A stretch of 64,000 nt of DNA from a virus (lineage: Duplodnaviria; Caudoviricetes): IMG/VR virus record IMGVR_UViG_3300042558_004043; one strand, written 5' to 3'. Positions 1 to 9,812 of this stretch are shown here, one piece after another. Numbering within the stretch: the stretch's first letter is position 1; each line of letters opens with the position of its first letter. The position numbers were made by a program, and so were the translations under genes. Under the pieces are notes generated by a model, which made no database searches, was not told where the DNA came from, and saw nothing but the letters and a program-made list of their open reading frames with translations.

Positions 1-1
1 G

Positions 2-346
2 ATGGAAGATTTAAAACATAAGTGGGAACAAATTGACGAGGACGATTATGTTGCCAAGTATCGTGATATGAGGCTCCGAGTTGAAAAGATGGAGGAGCAA
101 CAATGGTGGTGGGCGGTTTATAGAGGAAAAGAAGAACTATGTCCCGAGAAACCATTCGCAAGAAAAAAAGATTATGCGATGAAAATGGCAGAAGAATGTG
201 CCGAAGAAAATATTGAACCTTATGTATCAGATGATTTTCAGATTGGACCAGATGGTGCGTTTGAATACACTGATGATATGGAAGATTGGGATAATACATT
301 AATGGATGGACTTGACGATGAAGAATTTAATGATGAAAATAAGTAA
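2..346 (+). CDS. hypothetical acidic protein (may be 5' truncated by window edge)
   Basis: ORF track; overlaps next gene in an operon-like run. Confidence 0.55.
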   Translation: MEDLKHKWEQIDEDDYVAKYRDMRLRVEKMEEQQWWWAVYRGKEELCPEKPFARKKDYAMKMAEECAEENIEPYVSDDFQIGPDGAFEYTDDMEDWDNTLMDGLDDEEFNDENK

Positions 347-350
347 TACA

Positions 351-551
351 ATGGAAAATAATACTGGAACTGTTAGTTATGTTGACAAACAAGAGTCAAT
401 TAAAAGAATTGAATTAATTACGGAAAGATTTAGAAAAGGAAGAATGAACACGGATGATTATATCATTCAAGTTAATCAGAGCCTTCAAAAACTCGCATCC
501 AAAAGAGATTATATAAATTATCTGATGAACATCGGTCAGTTTAATAACTAA
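351..551 (+). CDS. hypothetical protein
   Basis: ATG at 351 just after the upstream stop; track start 306 overlaps the previous CDS. Confidence 0.55.
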   Translation: MENNTGTVSYVDKQESIKRIELITERFRKGRMNTDDYIIQVNQSLQKLASKRDYINYLMNIGQFNN

Positions 552-552
552 A

Positions 553-1005
553 ATGGAATTAATAACAACCTACATTTGTAAGAAAGGTGACGAGGGTGTT
601 CACGGAAATATGTTCGGAGGTTTGATACTCGGACTTATTGATGATGCTGCGGCTTCATATGCTTCACAAATCTGTGACACCCAAAAAATTGTAACACTTA
701 AAATTGATGAGTTGTTATTTAAACGAGCGGTGAAGGTTGGAAACATTTTGAAAGTTTATGGTGAAGTTGTTTCATTTGGAAACACCTCTGTTACACTTTA
801 TATTGAAGTTAGAAAACACAATGTTTATACAGGTGAGCAAGACATTGTAACCCAAACAAAAATTGTGTTTGTTAGAATTGATGAAGACGGGAAACCCAGA
901 CCGATTCATCAGCATGTTAAAGAAAGATACTGGGATAGAAGAGAAAAATTTGGAAAGGGTCTCCTAACCCCTGAAGAAAAATTTAGAATTGGCTCAGAAA
1001 TTTGA
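553..1005 (+). CDS. acyl-CoA thioesterase, HotDog fold (YciA-like)
   Basis: HGNMFGG..L.LIDDAA motif, VGNILKVYGEVVSFGNTS, FVRIDEDGKP. Confidence 0.85.
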   Translation: MELITTYICKKGDEGVHGNMFGGLILGLIDDAAASYASQICDTQKIVTLKIDELLFKRAVKVGNILKVYGEVVSFGNTSVTLYIEVRKHNVYTGEQDIVTQTKIVFVRIDEDGKPRPIHQHVKERYWDRREKFGKGLLTPEEKFRIGSEI

Positions 1006-1050
1006 CAATTCAAAAAATAATAATTATAATTTAAAAAATATTAACAATTT

Positions 1051-1281
1051 ATGCAAACACTAGTTTTTAACACAACAGAAAAAAAAGTTTGGGTGTATGA
1101 CGGTACGGCTGAGGTCTCAAACTTAATTTACAAATTCGAAGATGTACCAACGGTAAAACCATTACAAGATTACTACGAAGTAATGCAAAAACTATCGAGT
1201 GAGTCCGCACCATCAGGGTATTCATCAGTTCCTGTGGCAAGATTTCCAATTTCTAACACCAATATGATTATTGAGAAATGA
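1051..1281 (+). CDS. hypothetical protein
   Basis: ORF after AT-rich intergenic region; overlaps next gene by 4 nt. Confidence 0.6.
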   Translation: MQTLVFNTTEKKVWVYDGTAEVSNLIYKFEDVPTVKPLQDYYEVMQKLSSESAPSGYSSVPVARFPISNTNMIIEK

Positions 1282-1799
1282 GGTATAAGGTAGTTGTAAG
1301 TGGTCGTGGTGCAGAATGTTACGTTCATTTATTAGAAGATGAACAAAGACAGAAATTATTTGAATCAGAAGTTGAAAATGGTGATTGTGAACCTGATGTC
1401 ATTAGTGAAATAGTTAATAAAAATGACATATTTGAAACTGATGATATTTTTTTGGGTCCTTTTAATAACCCTGAACATTTTATGATTCAGGTTTACAACG
1501 AAAATGACGACTTAATTTGGGAATCTAAAAATGACCATGAATTTGAGGATTATGATTTCGAATATATTTTTGAGGATGACAAATCTTTAATAATCGAAGA
1601 CTACACCAAAGGTCAATTTTTTCAATATGATATAGAATTAGATGAAGAATTCGACTCAAAAAAACTAAAACCGATAGTTACTGAAATTGGGGAAAGGGTT
1701 GAAATTATTACGAATTTTACTTACAACGAAACAGATTTATCCTTTTTCAAAGAGTATGGGGATTATTGGAGCAAAGGGTTAACATACTATTTGAATTGA
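1278..1799 (+). CDS. hypothetical acidic protein
   Basis: 173 aa ORF, ATGA-coupled. Confidence 0.65.
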   Translation: MRYKVVVSGRGAECYVHLLEDEQRQKLFESEVENGDCEPDVISEIVNKNDIFETDDIFLGPFNNPEHFMIQVYNENDDLIWESKNDHEFEDYDFEYIFEDDKSLIIEDYTKGQFFQYDIELDEEFDSKKLKPIVTEIGERVEIITNFTYNETDLSFFKEYGDYWSKGLTYYLN

Positions 1800-1854
1800 C
1801 TTTTATGTCTTTTTCTAGATATTTACCTTTATAATAAACTTATAAATTTTTAAA

Positions 1855-2640
1855 ATGAAAAAATTATTATTTCTTTTTCTACTTGGGGTTTTAACAACAT
1901 TAACATCATTCTCCCAAGCAGATACTGTAAAAACTAAAGGACTATTCTTTAGACCGGCAAAAAAAGAGAGCCCGTTTACAAGTGACTTTGGACTTTCAAC
2001 CTCTAATTTGTGGAGAGGTGTTGACGTAGGAAAACAACCTGTAATAAAAATGACTGCGGATTATCAACCAGTAAGTTGGTTCACACTGAACTCTGAGGTT
2101 AACGCTGTTTACAACCAATTTAGAGAAGGATATGCAAACACTGTGAAAAATTCAGCTTTGTTTAATGTCTTTAACACATCAATTGGAGTTCAGGACATTT
2201 ATTTTAGTCAAAACACTCCAACTCAGATTGACACAAATTATTTCCATTATAATAAGGCTACTACCAATCACTTTTTGGAAGCGGTATTGAAATATAAAGG
2301 TGATGCAAAATCAAGAATTGATTTCTTAACAAGTTATGTGTTTTATCAAAATGAATCATATAAGAGAGGTTCAATTTATTTTGAAGCTACTTACCATTTG
2401 GATTACAATGCTGACATATTTGTTGGGTACGTAACCGGTGAATCACAAGTAAACTTCCAAAAAGAAAACGGATTTACTAATGTGGGTGTTGTATTAAAGA
2501 GAACTTTATCATTCTCTAAGGGAACTGACGCCAATTCTCGTTTGACAATTATGGTTAATCCAATGTATAAGACTGTTATTGTTACAAATCCAAGTTTGGC
2601 TAACAGACCTATTACTGCTAATTTAGAAATTACATTCTAA
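1855..2640 (+). CDS. putative outer-membrane beta-barrel protein
   Basis: Sec signal peptide MKKLLFLFLLG..., alternating beta-strand pattern, SNLWRG, C-terminal Phe (LEITF). Confidence 0.55.
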   Translation: MKKLLFLFLLGVLTTLTSFSQADTVKTKGLFFRPAKKESPFTSDFGLSTSNLWRGVDVGKQPVIKMTADYQPVSWFTLNSEVNAVYNQFREGYANTVKNSALFNVFNTSIGVQDIYFSQNTPTQIDTNYFHYNKATTNHFLEAVLKYKGDAKSRIDFLTSYVFYQNESYKRGSIYFEATYHLDYNADIFVGYVTGESQVNFQKENGFTNVGVVLKRTLSFSKGTDANSRLTIMVNPMYKTVIVTNPSLANRPITANLEITF

Positions 2641-2663
2641 TAAAAAATAAATTTTAACAAAAC

Positions 2664-2690
2664 AGGGACTCGAAAGGGTCCCTTTTTTTA
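2664..2690 (+). terminator. intrinsic terminator
   Basis: AGGGAC-loop-GTCCCT followed by T-run. Confidence 0.7.
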
Positions 2691-2805
2691 TTAACATGAA
2701 AAAGTTATTAAACAAACTCAGCTTTTTATCATTCCACATTCCTTTCACAGTAATTTTTTATTGTAAAAAACTCACTAATAAGTTTAGATAATATTTATAC
2801 TTAGA

Positions 2806-3195
2806 ATGAAGGTTATAATTACGCACAGGAATTCAGGAATACCTCAAAAAGATTATAAATTGATTGATTTGTTTTTGAGGTTTTTACAAAAACAATATCC
2901 GTTAAAAAACAACTTAAAGATATTCTTTATTTCAGAAAGAACTGGTAATATGACTACTGGTAGTCGTACTGAAGAAAATGAAATAAAAGTTTTAACTAAA
3001 GGTAGAATATACCGGGATATTTTGAGGACCTTGTCTCATGAATGGGTTCATGAGTATCAAAGAGATGTGTTAAAATGGAAACACGGTTCCGATATTGGGG
3101 GGAGAAATGAGGATATGGCAAATAGCGAGGCCGGGGCTCTCATGAAAATGTTTGAGAAAATATACCCCGACCTCGAAGATAAGATGTATGAGTGA
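2806..3195 (+). CDS. putative zinc metallopeptidase-like protein
   Basis: LSHEWVHE (HExxH); TATTTATA at 2792-2799 upstream. Confidence 0.55.
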   Translation: MKVIITHRNSGIPQKDYKLIDLFLRFLQKQYPLKNNLKIFFISERTGNMTTGSRTEENEIKVLTKGRIYRDILRTLSHEWVHEYQRDVLKWKHGSDIGGRNEDMANSEAGALMKMFEKIYPDLEDKMYE

Positions 3196-3621
3196 TTAGT
3201 CGATACTAACCAACTCCAAATCAAAGATAAGTTTTTTACCTGCCAAAGGATGATTTGCATCAACCATAGCTGAGGTTTCATTCACTTCTTTAACAACTAC
3301 CATTACTGGACCACGTTCGGTCATACCCTGTAGTTGGTCACCAACTTTAACATTTTCAGGAAGATTCCCGAGAGGTACTTCACTTACCATACCCTCAACA
3401 ACATCACCATAAGCTTCTGATGGGTCAATTTCCACTGTCTTTTTATCTCCGACTGACATTCCCATCAATCCTGATTCAAAACCTTTAATCAATTGACCTT
3501 GTCCTAATACCGCAGCCAATGGTTCACGACCTTCAGTTAGTGAAGAATCGAATACAGAACCGTCCTCTAAACGTCCTGTGTAGTTAACTTTTACGGAGTC
3601 ACCGTTTTGTACTATTTTCAT
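3196..3621 (-). CDS. slyD: FKBP-type peptidyl-prolyl isomerase (SlyD/SlpA family, no His-rich tail)
   Basis: VKVNYTGRLEDGSVFDSS, DANHPLAGKKLIF; CAT at 3619-3621 and TTA at 3196-3198 show minus strand (track label + is wrong). Confidence 0.9.
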   Translation of the reverse strand: MKIVQNGDSVKVNYTGRLEDGSVFDSSLTEGREPLAAVLGQGQLIKGFESGLMGMSVGDKKTVEIDPSEAYGDVVEGMVSEVPLGNLPENVKVGDQLQGMTERGPVMVVVKEVNETSAMVDANHPLAGKKLIFDLELVSID

Positions 3622-3754
3622 TTTATATGTTTTTACTAATTATAAGTGAAAAACCATAACTCATCAAATATTTTTTGTAAAAAAAATTTTTTAATCATTT
3701 TTTTACTATATTTGTATAGTTATTATTACTATATCATTAAATTTTAAGGTAAAA

Positions 3755-3931
3755 ATGTCAAACGAAAAATTTTTAGAGGAAATACTATACTCCGCACACA
3801 GAAGCGGGGTTTTTAGTCAATTTATGGAAGAAATTGATTCGAAAATTAAGTCAGGAGCGAGTATCACGACTCACGACGCGGCTCCACAAGTGTACTACGA
3901 CTTTAAAAATAGGGGTTTGATTCAAGACTGA
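3755..3931 (+). CDS. small hypothetical protein (58 aa, not in track)
   Basis: MSNEKFLEEILYSAHRSG...; TATATTTG promoter at 3707-3714. Confidence 0.55.
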   Translation: MSNEKFLEEILYSAHRSGVFSQFMEEIDSKIKSGASITTHDAAPQVYYDFKNRGLIQD

Positions 3932-4203
3932 CTGACCAAATCATAAGTTGCAACTAATGCGAACTTATCGTGGTCAAAATTTGACCATTTTAAACTTTCC
4001 TCGATTAAAAAATTTAGTCCATCCAACCGACTTTCTTCAAAAAGAGAGATATCGGTCATAAAAAGTTTACAATCAATCAAATAATGTTTGTTAACCGTGC
4101 AAAATTTAACATGATTTATGATAATATAACTGTCTTTACCGTATAAAGCCTCTAAATCTTTGGAAAAGACATAATTTAAGAGAACAGAAAGACAAGTTTT
4201 CAT
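3922..4203 (-). CDS. hypothetical protein
   Basis: ATG at 4203 preferred to track TTG; TATTTATA motif directly upstream on minus strand. Confidence 0.55.
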   Translation of the reverse strand: MKTCLSVLLNYVFSKDLEALYGKDSYIIINHVKFCTVNKHYLIDCKLFMTDISLFEESRLDGLNFLIEESLKWSNFDHDKFALVATYDLVSQS

Positions 4204-4239
4204 ATATTTTATAAATATAAACCTAATTTTACTAAAAGT

Positions 4240-4452
4240 ATGGATATTTTGATAGAGTTTCAATGGGTATTGTCGGTTTTAGAGTCCTGTGAGACTAGAA
4301 AACAGGTGAATTCTTCATTAAGACTGTTTGAACAGTTTATAAACAAGTGGGATTACGAAATTTCTGAAGAAATTAAGTTAAAATACATAAATAAATTTGA
4401 GGATTCAAAAAAAGACCAAATTTGTAAGATAGTTTCAGGTAAAAACGAATAA
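4240..4452 (+). CDS. hypothetical protein
   Basis: 70 aa ORF. Confidence 0.5.
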   Translation: MDILIEFQWVLSVLESCETRKQVNSSLRLFEQFINKWDYEISEEIKLKYINKFEDSKKDQICKIVSGKNE

Positions 4453-4543
4453 AATCACTATTTTTGACCATAAAATTGACATATTTTTGATTTTTAGGTA
4501 TATTTATCAAAACTATCACTCTCATCAGAGAGCCTATATATAG

Positions 4544-4578
4544 AAAAAGGGACTTAATTTTTGTTAAGTCCCTTTTTT
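4544..4578. terminator. bidirectional-type intrinsic terminator
   Basis: AAAAAGGGACTTAA...TTAAGTCCCTTTTTT inverted repeat. Confidence 0.7.
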
Positions 4579-4607
4579 CATTAAAAAACTTGCCTTATCT
4601 TTGTACC

Positions 4608-4847
4608 ATGAAAGCAAAACTAACATTTGATTTGGATGACATCGATGATAAGATGGCTCACGAGCGTTGCGTGAAGGCAACCGACATGGCACTTGTACTT
4701 TGGGAGATAATGACCAACTCATACCGCGGTTTGACCAACGGATATGATGAAGAAGACGGTTATCACAAAGGAGTTGACGCAGTTTATGAAAAACTACGTG
4801 AATTGATGGAAGAACACGACATAAATCCTCATAATTTAATACGATGA
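4608..4847 (+). CDS. hypothetical phage protein
   Basis: ATG 4608 (MKAKLTFDL) just after TATCTTTG promoter 4596-4603. Confidence 0.65.
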   Translation: MKAKLTFDLDDIDDKMAHERCVKATDMALVLWEIMTNSYRGLTNGYDEEDGYHKGVDAVYEKLRELMEEHDINPHNLIR

Positions 4848-4892
4848 GAAAATTTTGGAATAAATTAGTTAAATTTTTTAAAACAGTATCAG

Positions 4893-5438
4893 ATGGTATC
4901 GATAAAACACAGTACAAAGATGGTTGGGGAAAGCTTTAAAGACATAAAATACGCTGTTAAGCGATTTATTCGAAAAATTAAGAACGTTTTTCGATGGCTT
5001 CCCACAATTTGGAAGGATGAGGACTATGATAGTCACTTCATTAACGAAATATTAATCAAAAAACTCGAACATACCCGAGATTTCTTCTTGTCTGATAGGA
5101 CTCACATAACTTCCGCTAAAGAAGTTGCTGAGGAAATCCAAGAAGCGATTGACCGTCTTCACATGACCCGTGATAGTTGGGAGTTTTATGAAGAACCGGC
5201 TCACGACATAATTGAAGAGAAGTGGGGTAAGACAACTTTTGAATTTATACCACTTGAAGACCGACCAAATGTTAGTGAAATGGTTTCAAAAACCGAGAAG
5301 GTTAAAACTCCTGAAGATAAAGAACAATATTCTGAGGATTTCAGAGCGGCAATGAAAGCCGCCCGTAAGGAATACATGAAAGATAAAAAAGAAGCATATA
5401 AATTTATCGCCAAACATATTGATGGTTGGTGGGACTAA
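4893..5438 (+). CDS. hypothetical phage protein (start uncertain)
   Basis: 181 aa ORF; IKNVFRWLPTIWKDEDYD segment. Confidence 0.6.
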   Translation: MVSIKHSTKMVGESFKDIKYAVKRFIRKIKNVFRWLPTIWKDEDYDSHFINEILIKKLEHTRDFFLSDRTHITSAKEVAEEIQEAIDRLHMTRDSWEFYEEPAHDIIEEKWGKTTFEFIPLEDRPNVSEMVSKTEKVKTPEDKEQYSEDFRAAMKAARKEYMKDKKEAYKFIAKHIDGWWD

Positions 5439-5450
5439 AAAATTAAAATT

Positions 5451-5972
5451 ATGGAATGGTACATTGTAAGAGCACAAGCAAATCGTGAGAGAAAAGTCTC
5501 AGAAAGAATTTTAAAAGAAGCCGACAAAGGGGAACTCAATGGGGTAATCGGAAGAGTTGTAGTTCCAATGGAAAAAGTATTTGCCACGAAAGATGGTAAA
5601 AAAACACAACGTGAAAAAGTTTTGTTTCCTGGTTATGTTTTTGTTGAAACATCCGCAATTGGGGAATTAAAACAAGTTGTTAAAAAAATTGATGGAGCAA
5701 CGGGATTGTTGTCTGACAGAGCTGGAAATATCCAAATTGTATCAGACCAAGAAGTAAACCGAATGATTGGAATTCACGAAGAAAACAAAACAAAAAGTTT
5801 TTCAGACATATTCAGTGTTGGAGATGAAGTTACTGTAACTGAAGGTCCATTTACATCCTTTAAGGGAAACATTGAATTTATTGATAAAGAGAAAGGTAAA
5901 CTTAAAGTAAATGTTCTTATCTTTGGCAGACCAACATCTGTTGAATTGGAGGAAACCCAAGTAAAAAAATGA
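5451..5972 (+). CDS. nusG: transcription termination/antitermination factor NusG
   Basis: NGN domain (WYIVRAQANRERKV, KVLFPGYVFVE) plus KOW (GDEVTVTEGPFTSFKG, VNVLIFGRPTSVEL). Confidence 0.95.
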   Translation: MEWYIVRAQANRERKVSERILKEADKGELNGVIGRVVVPMEKVFATKDGKKTQREKVLFPGYVFVETSAIGELKQVVKKIDGATGLLSDRAGNIQIVSDQEVNRMIGIHEENKTKSFSDIFSVGDEVTVTEGPFTSFKGNIEFIDKEKGKLKVNVLIFGRPTSVELEETQVKK

Positions 5973-6658
5973 AAATAACTTTTATATCAGATACTCACAA
6001 CAAACACAAGCAAATTACTGAAGATTTGCCAGGAGGTGACTTACTGATTCACGCTGGTGATATCTCATCAATGGGTTATAAGTATGAAATCCAAAAATTC
6101 TGCAAGTGGTTTGACAGTTTGGAAAATTATACTGTAAAGACATTCATTGCCGGTAATCACGACTTTGGGTTTGAAAAGGAACCCGAAATGGCCAAAGAGG
6201 TTGTCGGTTTTTATAATGACATTGTTTATCTTCAAGATAGTTTTCTTGGTTACGGAGTTGATACGGAAAATTATGTAAAGATTTATGGTAGTCCATGGCA
6301 GCCCGAGTTCTATAATTGGGCGTTTAATCTACCAAAGAATGGTCATAAACTTACACAGAAGTGGAATGACATTCCTGATGATACTGACATATTAATTACT
6401 CACGGACCGGCATTTGGTTATTTGGATACAATTATGGGTCAGTATGATAATCTTGGATGTGAATTACTGACAAAAAGAATTAAAACAATTAAACCTAAAA
6501 TTCATGTCTGCGGGCACATACATTCAGGGTATGGTTATGTTTTTGACGGAGATACTCACTTCATCAATGCCTCGGTATTAGACGAACAGTATCAATACAC
6601 CCAAAAACCACTAACGGTAGAATGGGACCCTGTAACGAATAAATTGGAGTTTATTTAA
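5969..6658 (+). CDS. metallophosphoesterase (calcineurin-like)
   Basis: SDTH, HAGD, GNHD, THGP, GHIH motifs. Confidence 0.9.
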   Translation: MKITFISDTHNKHKQITEDLPGGDLLIHAGDISSMGYKYEIQKFCKWFDSLENYTVKTFIAGNHDFGFEKEPEMAKEVVGFYNDIVYLQDSFLGYGVDTENYVKIYGSPWQPEFYNWAFNLPKNGHKLTQKWNDIPDDTDILITHGPAFGYLDTIMGQYDNLGCELLTKRIKTIKPKIHVCGHIHSGYGYVFDGDTHFINASVLDEQYQYTQKPLTVEWDPVTNKLEFI

Positions 6659-6662
6659 TTTG

Positions 6663-6692
6663 AAACCCGTCTAACCGACGGGTTTTTTATTT
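6663..6692 (+). terminator. intrinsic terminator
   Basis: AAACCCGTC-loop-GACGGGTTT then T-run. Confidence 0.7.
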
Positions 6693-6757
6693 TAAAAAAA
6701 CCTTAATTATAGTAATATTTTTTTTAACTTAAAGAGTATATTGATATTTATTGATGA

Positions 6758-8011
6758 ATGTCGTTAAAATTAAAATTAAACTTAATTTCATTAATAGTAG
6801 TTGTTTTCTTAATCCTGAAAACTACAGTATTACTTGATATCACTCCTTCATCACCAGTTACGAGGGGGTCGGAATATATTCTATTTTTGACAATAACATA
6901 TTTTTTATATTCCTTTATCAGACAATATATTAAGAATGAAAGGGAAAATAAAAAACTTACTGAAAAAATCACACAAAAAGAAAGAGCGTTAGCAAATAGA
7001 ATGGATGCGATTAATCGTTCAAGTCCTGTGATTGAATTTGATACTAATGGTATAGTTTGTTTTGCCAATGATTCATTTTTGGATGCAATGGGGTATAAAT
7101 CAGAAGAGGTTATAGGAAAACATCATAGTATTTTTGTTTTTGATGATGAAAAAAATTCAAATGGGTATATTAATTTTTGGAACAAACTTAAATCAGGTGT
7201 TTATTTTAGTGGGGACATTATCAGAAAGAAAAAGGACGGTAACAAGATTTATTTAAGTGCCACCTACAATCCAATTATAAATGAAACAGGAGAAACCTAT
7301 CGAGTATTAAAAATTGCAAGAGACATATCTGAAATTGTTGAAAAGTCAAAAGAAATTGAAAAACAAAACACTTATCTCGAGCACGCGGCTAAAATATTGA
7401 GACACGACATGCACTCTGGAATTAATACTTATATCCCGAGAGGTATAAGTTCTTTGGAAAGAAGATTAAAACCTGAGGACATAGAAACTTTAAAGATTGA
7501 GGCTCCCCTTAAAATGATTAAGGAGGGATTAAGACACTCACAAAAAGTTTATAAAGGTGTTTATGAATTTACCAATTTGGTTAAAAAAGATGTGGTATTA
7601 AATAAAGCTGAATGTGATTTAAGAGCGATACTAAATGATTATTTATCATCAACTGCTTATCATAGTCAGGTAATTATTGAGGAACTACCAACCATAGAAG
7701 TTAATGAAGCTCTATTCTGTACGGCAATAGACAACTTAATTAGGAATGGATTGAAGTATAATGATTCTGAAACAAAATTTGTAAAAATATATATGGAAGG
7801 TGATGAGTTAATGGTTCAGGATAATGGACGAGGTATTGACCAAAAAGATTTTGACCATTTATCAAAACCATACACAAGAAAAGAAGGGCAAAAAGAGTCA
7901 GGAACTGGACTCGGATTAAACATATGTGTTGCGATATTACAAGAACACAAGTTTTTGGTAAGATGTGAGAAAAATGAGATAGGAACTAAACTGAAAATAA
8001 AAATAAAATAA
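6758..8011 (+). CDS. PAS-domain sensor histidine kinase
   Basis: 2 N-terminal TM segments, PAS/PAC (IEFDTNG..ANDSFL..MGY; ATYNPI), H-box ILRHDMH, N-box DNLIRNGLKY, G1 DNGRGI, G2 GTGLGL. Confidence 0.9.
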   Translation: MSLKLKLNLISLIVVVFLILKTTVLLDITPSSPVTRGSEYILFLTITYFLYSFIRQYIKNERENKKLTEKITQKERALANRMDAINRSSPVIEFDTNGIVCFANDSFLDAMGYKSEEVIGKHHSIFVFDDEKNSNGYINFWNKLKSGVYFSGDIIRKKKDGNKIYLSATYNPIINETGETYRVLKIARDISEIVEKSKEIEKQNTYLEHAAKILRHDMHSGINTYIPRGISSLERRLKPEDIETLKIEAPLKMIKEGLRHSQKVYKGVYEFTNLVKKDVVLNKAECDLRAILNDYLSSTAYHSQVIIEELPTIEVNEALFCTAIDNLIRNGLKYNDSETKFVKIYMEGDELMVQDNGRGIDQKDFDHLSKPYTRKEGQKESGTGLGLNICVAILQEHKFLVRCEKNEIGTKLKIKIK

Positions 8012-8019
8012 AAAAAACT

Positions 8020-8451
8020 ATGATTGATTCAATTTTACTTGTAGATGACGAGGATTTATTCCATTTAGTATTTGAAGATAGCTGTTCGCTTCTTGATATA
8101 ACATTATCTTTAAAAAGTTTGAATAGTTCAGATGAGGCCGCCAAATTATTTGAAAAATGGCAATCAAATAGCTCTGATAAGCCTGAATGTGTGTTTGTTG
8201 ATTTGAATATCATTGGGTCTTCCTTTGATGGTATTGAGTTAATTAGAAAGATTAACTTTGAATACGGTAATAATGTTGTAATCGGAATTATTTCATCTTC
8301 AAACGAACCCGAAGAACAGGCAAAGGCAATTCAGTCAGGTGCTCAATTTTGGATTATAAAATCAGATGAGATTGAACCAAGATTGGAGGAGTTTAAGAAA
8401 GATTATGAAGGTTACAAAAACAGAACCGCTCCGTTTAAAATTTACAAATGA
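8020..8451 (+). CDS. single-domain response regulator (CheY-like receiver)
   Basis: LLVDDE acidic pocket, VFVDLN phosphoacceptor, ISSS, WIIKS Lys. Confidence 0.9.
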   Translation: MIDSILLVDDEDLFHLVFEDSCSLLDITLSLKSLNSSDEAAKLFEKWQSNSSDKPECVFVDLNIIGSSFDGIELIRKINFEYGNNVVIGIISSSNEPEEQAKAIQSGAQFWIIKSDEIEPRLEEFKKDYEGYKNRTAPFKIYK

Positions 8452-9131
8452 TAAAATTCACCCCTGAAATAAAACAAGAATTAATTATCTTATCAGAAAC
8501 CAAAAACTTATTTTTGGAAGGAAATATAGTTAAGGTAATTAATTCTGATGGGGATGAATATTTTAAAGAATACCTTAAAAAGTGTGGTGAAAGAGATGTT
8601 GCAAATAGAAAGAAGAGACTTGACATTACCAAACAAATTCAAACCCAAAACAAAGAACTATCCGACTTAAACGCCCAAAATCAAAAGATATTAGACGAAC
8701 TTCAAACAACATTAAATGAAGTTGAAGAATCTAAATTAACATTTGAAGTCCAAAACAGAGAATTAAACGAGTGGAAATTGGATAATTTGAGGTTGACGGA
8801 AGAATTAACGGTGGAGATGGTTAAATCCGAACAAGCAAGGGTTGATGCTGAAAAGGCAAAACAACATGCCGAAAATGATTTGGATGTGTTACAAAAGAAA
8901 ACTCAATTTGAGTTAATAAATACAATTGTAAGAGTTGCTTTAATTGTAATTATTGGAGTTGGAATAGTTACTACGGCATTATATTCTGTGGCATTGTTCA
9001 CAGGTCAAGATACCCAAATAATTGGCTCAACTTGGAGTAATATGTTTGGTATATTATTAACAAATGCATTCAGTATTGTCGGAACTATAATGGGTGTTAA
9101 GTATGCGTCAGAAAAACCAAAGAAGAATTAA
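8448..9131 (+). CDS. coiled-coil protein with two C-terminal TM helices
   Basis: long heptad region then VALIVIIGVGIVTTALYSVALF and MFGILLTNAFSIVGTIMGV; coupled to the regulator. Confidence 0.7.
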   Translation: MIKFTPEIKQELIILSETKNLFLEGNIVKVINSDGDEYFKEYLKKCGERDVANRKKRLDITKQIQTQNKELSDLNAQNQKILDELQTTLNEVEESKLTFEVQNRELNEWKLDNLRLTEELTVEMVKSEQARVDAEKAKQHAENDLDVLQKKTQFELINTIVRVALIVIIGVGIVTTALYSVALFTGQDTQIIGSTWSNMFGILLTNAFSIVGTIMGVKYASEKPKKN

Positions 9132-9478
9132 TCATTTGTGATATAATCCTTAAAAATTCTTTTCTCAACTAAATTTCCTTCCATATCATACATCCAACCT
9201 TCATATTTTTTACCCTTAAAATATTTGACTTGAGATACTCTAATTCCAACTGGTGAATATGTAGTCCAGATTCCATCTTTTCTACCTTTATCATAATAAC
9301 CTACAGAAAATATGCTTCCATTTTCATAATAAGCAATCCACTCACCAGTTTTTAGATTATTTGATAAATGACCACGTTGTTCGATTTGACCTTTGTCATT
9401 TTTAAACACAACTTCTTCTACTTGTGAATGTCCTACAACCTGTAAGAACATAAACACCAAAAATATAATCTGCTTCAT
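9128..9478 (-). CDS. secreted MORN-variant repeat protein (YwqK-like)
   Basis: signal peptide; GEWIAYYENG, GIWTTYSPVG, GWMYDMEG repeats. Confidence 0.7.
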   Translation of the reverse strand: MKQIIFLVFMFLQVVGHSQVEEVVFKNDKGQIEQRGHLSNNLKTGEWIAYYENGSIFSVGYYDKGRKDGIWTTYSPVGIRVSQVKYFKGKKYEGWMYDMEGNLVEKRIFKDYITND

Positions 9479-9569
9479 AGTATTAAGGATATATTATAAA
9501 TACATTAAGGAAATGTTAAGTAATATTATCAATTTTGACAATTGAAAAATTTAACATACATATTGCAAT

Positions 9570-9809
9570 ATGAAGACAATTCTTATTACAGTATTTTTTA
9601 GAATCATTTTTTTAGATTCACAAACAGATGAAACTTTGACAGGTGTTAAAGTTGAAACTAATCAGGGTGTGTATTTTTCTAACTTAGATGGTGAAGTTTT
9701 TATACCAACTGAAGATAAAGTTTTATCGGTAAGTTATGTTTCCTATGAAACAAAAAATGGTGTCACCCTTTCGAATGACACCATTATGTCTTTGAGTCAA
9801 ATTCAGTAA
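9570..9809 (+). CDS. small protein resembling a carboxypeptidase-regulatory-like domain
   Basis: DSQTDETLTGVKV...SNLDGEV.I...SYVSYET pattern. Confidence 0.45.
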   Translation: MKTILITVFFRIIFLDSQTDETLTGVKVETNQGVYFSNLDGEVFIPTEDKVLSVSYVSYETKNGVTLSNDTIMSLSQIQ

Positions 9810-9812
9810 TTT

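Noticed and set aside
3196-3621. ORF-track strand label + for the FKBP gene (likewise 21612..22118)
   Set aside because: The given proteins translate only from the reverse complement (CAT at the right end, TTA at the left); both are annotated as minus strand.
4844-4939. Possible frameshift joining a 31-aa ORF at 4844 to the 4893 ORF
   Set aside because: No slippery site or downstream structure seen; two short overlapping ORFs or a later start explain it equally well.
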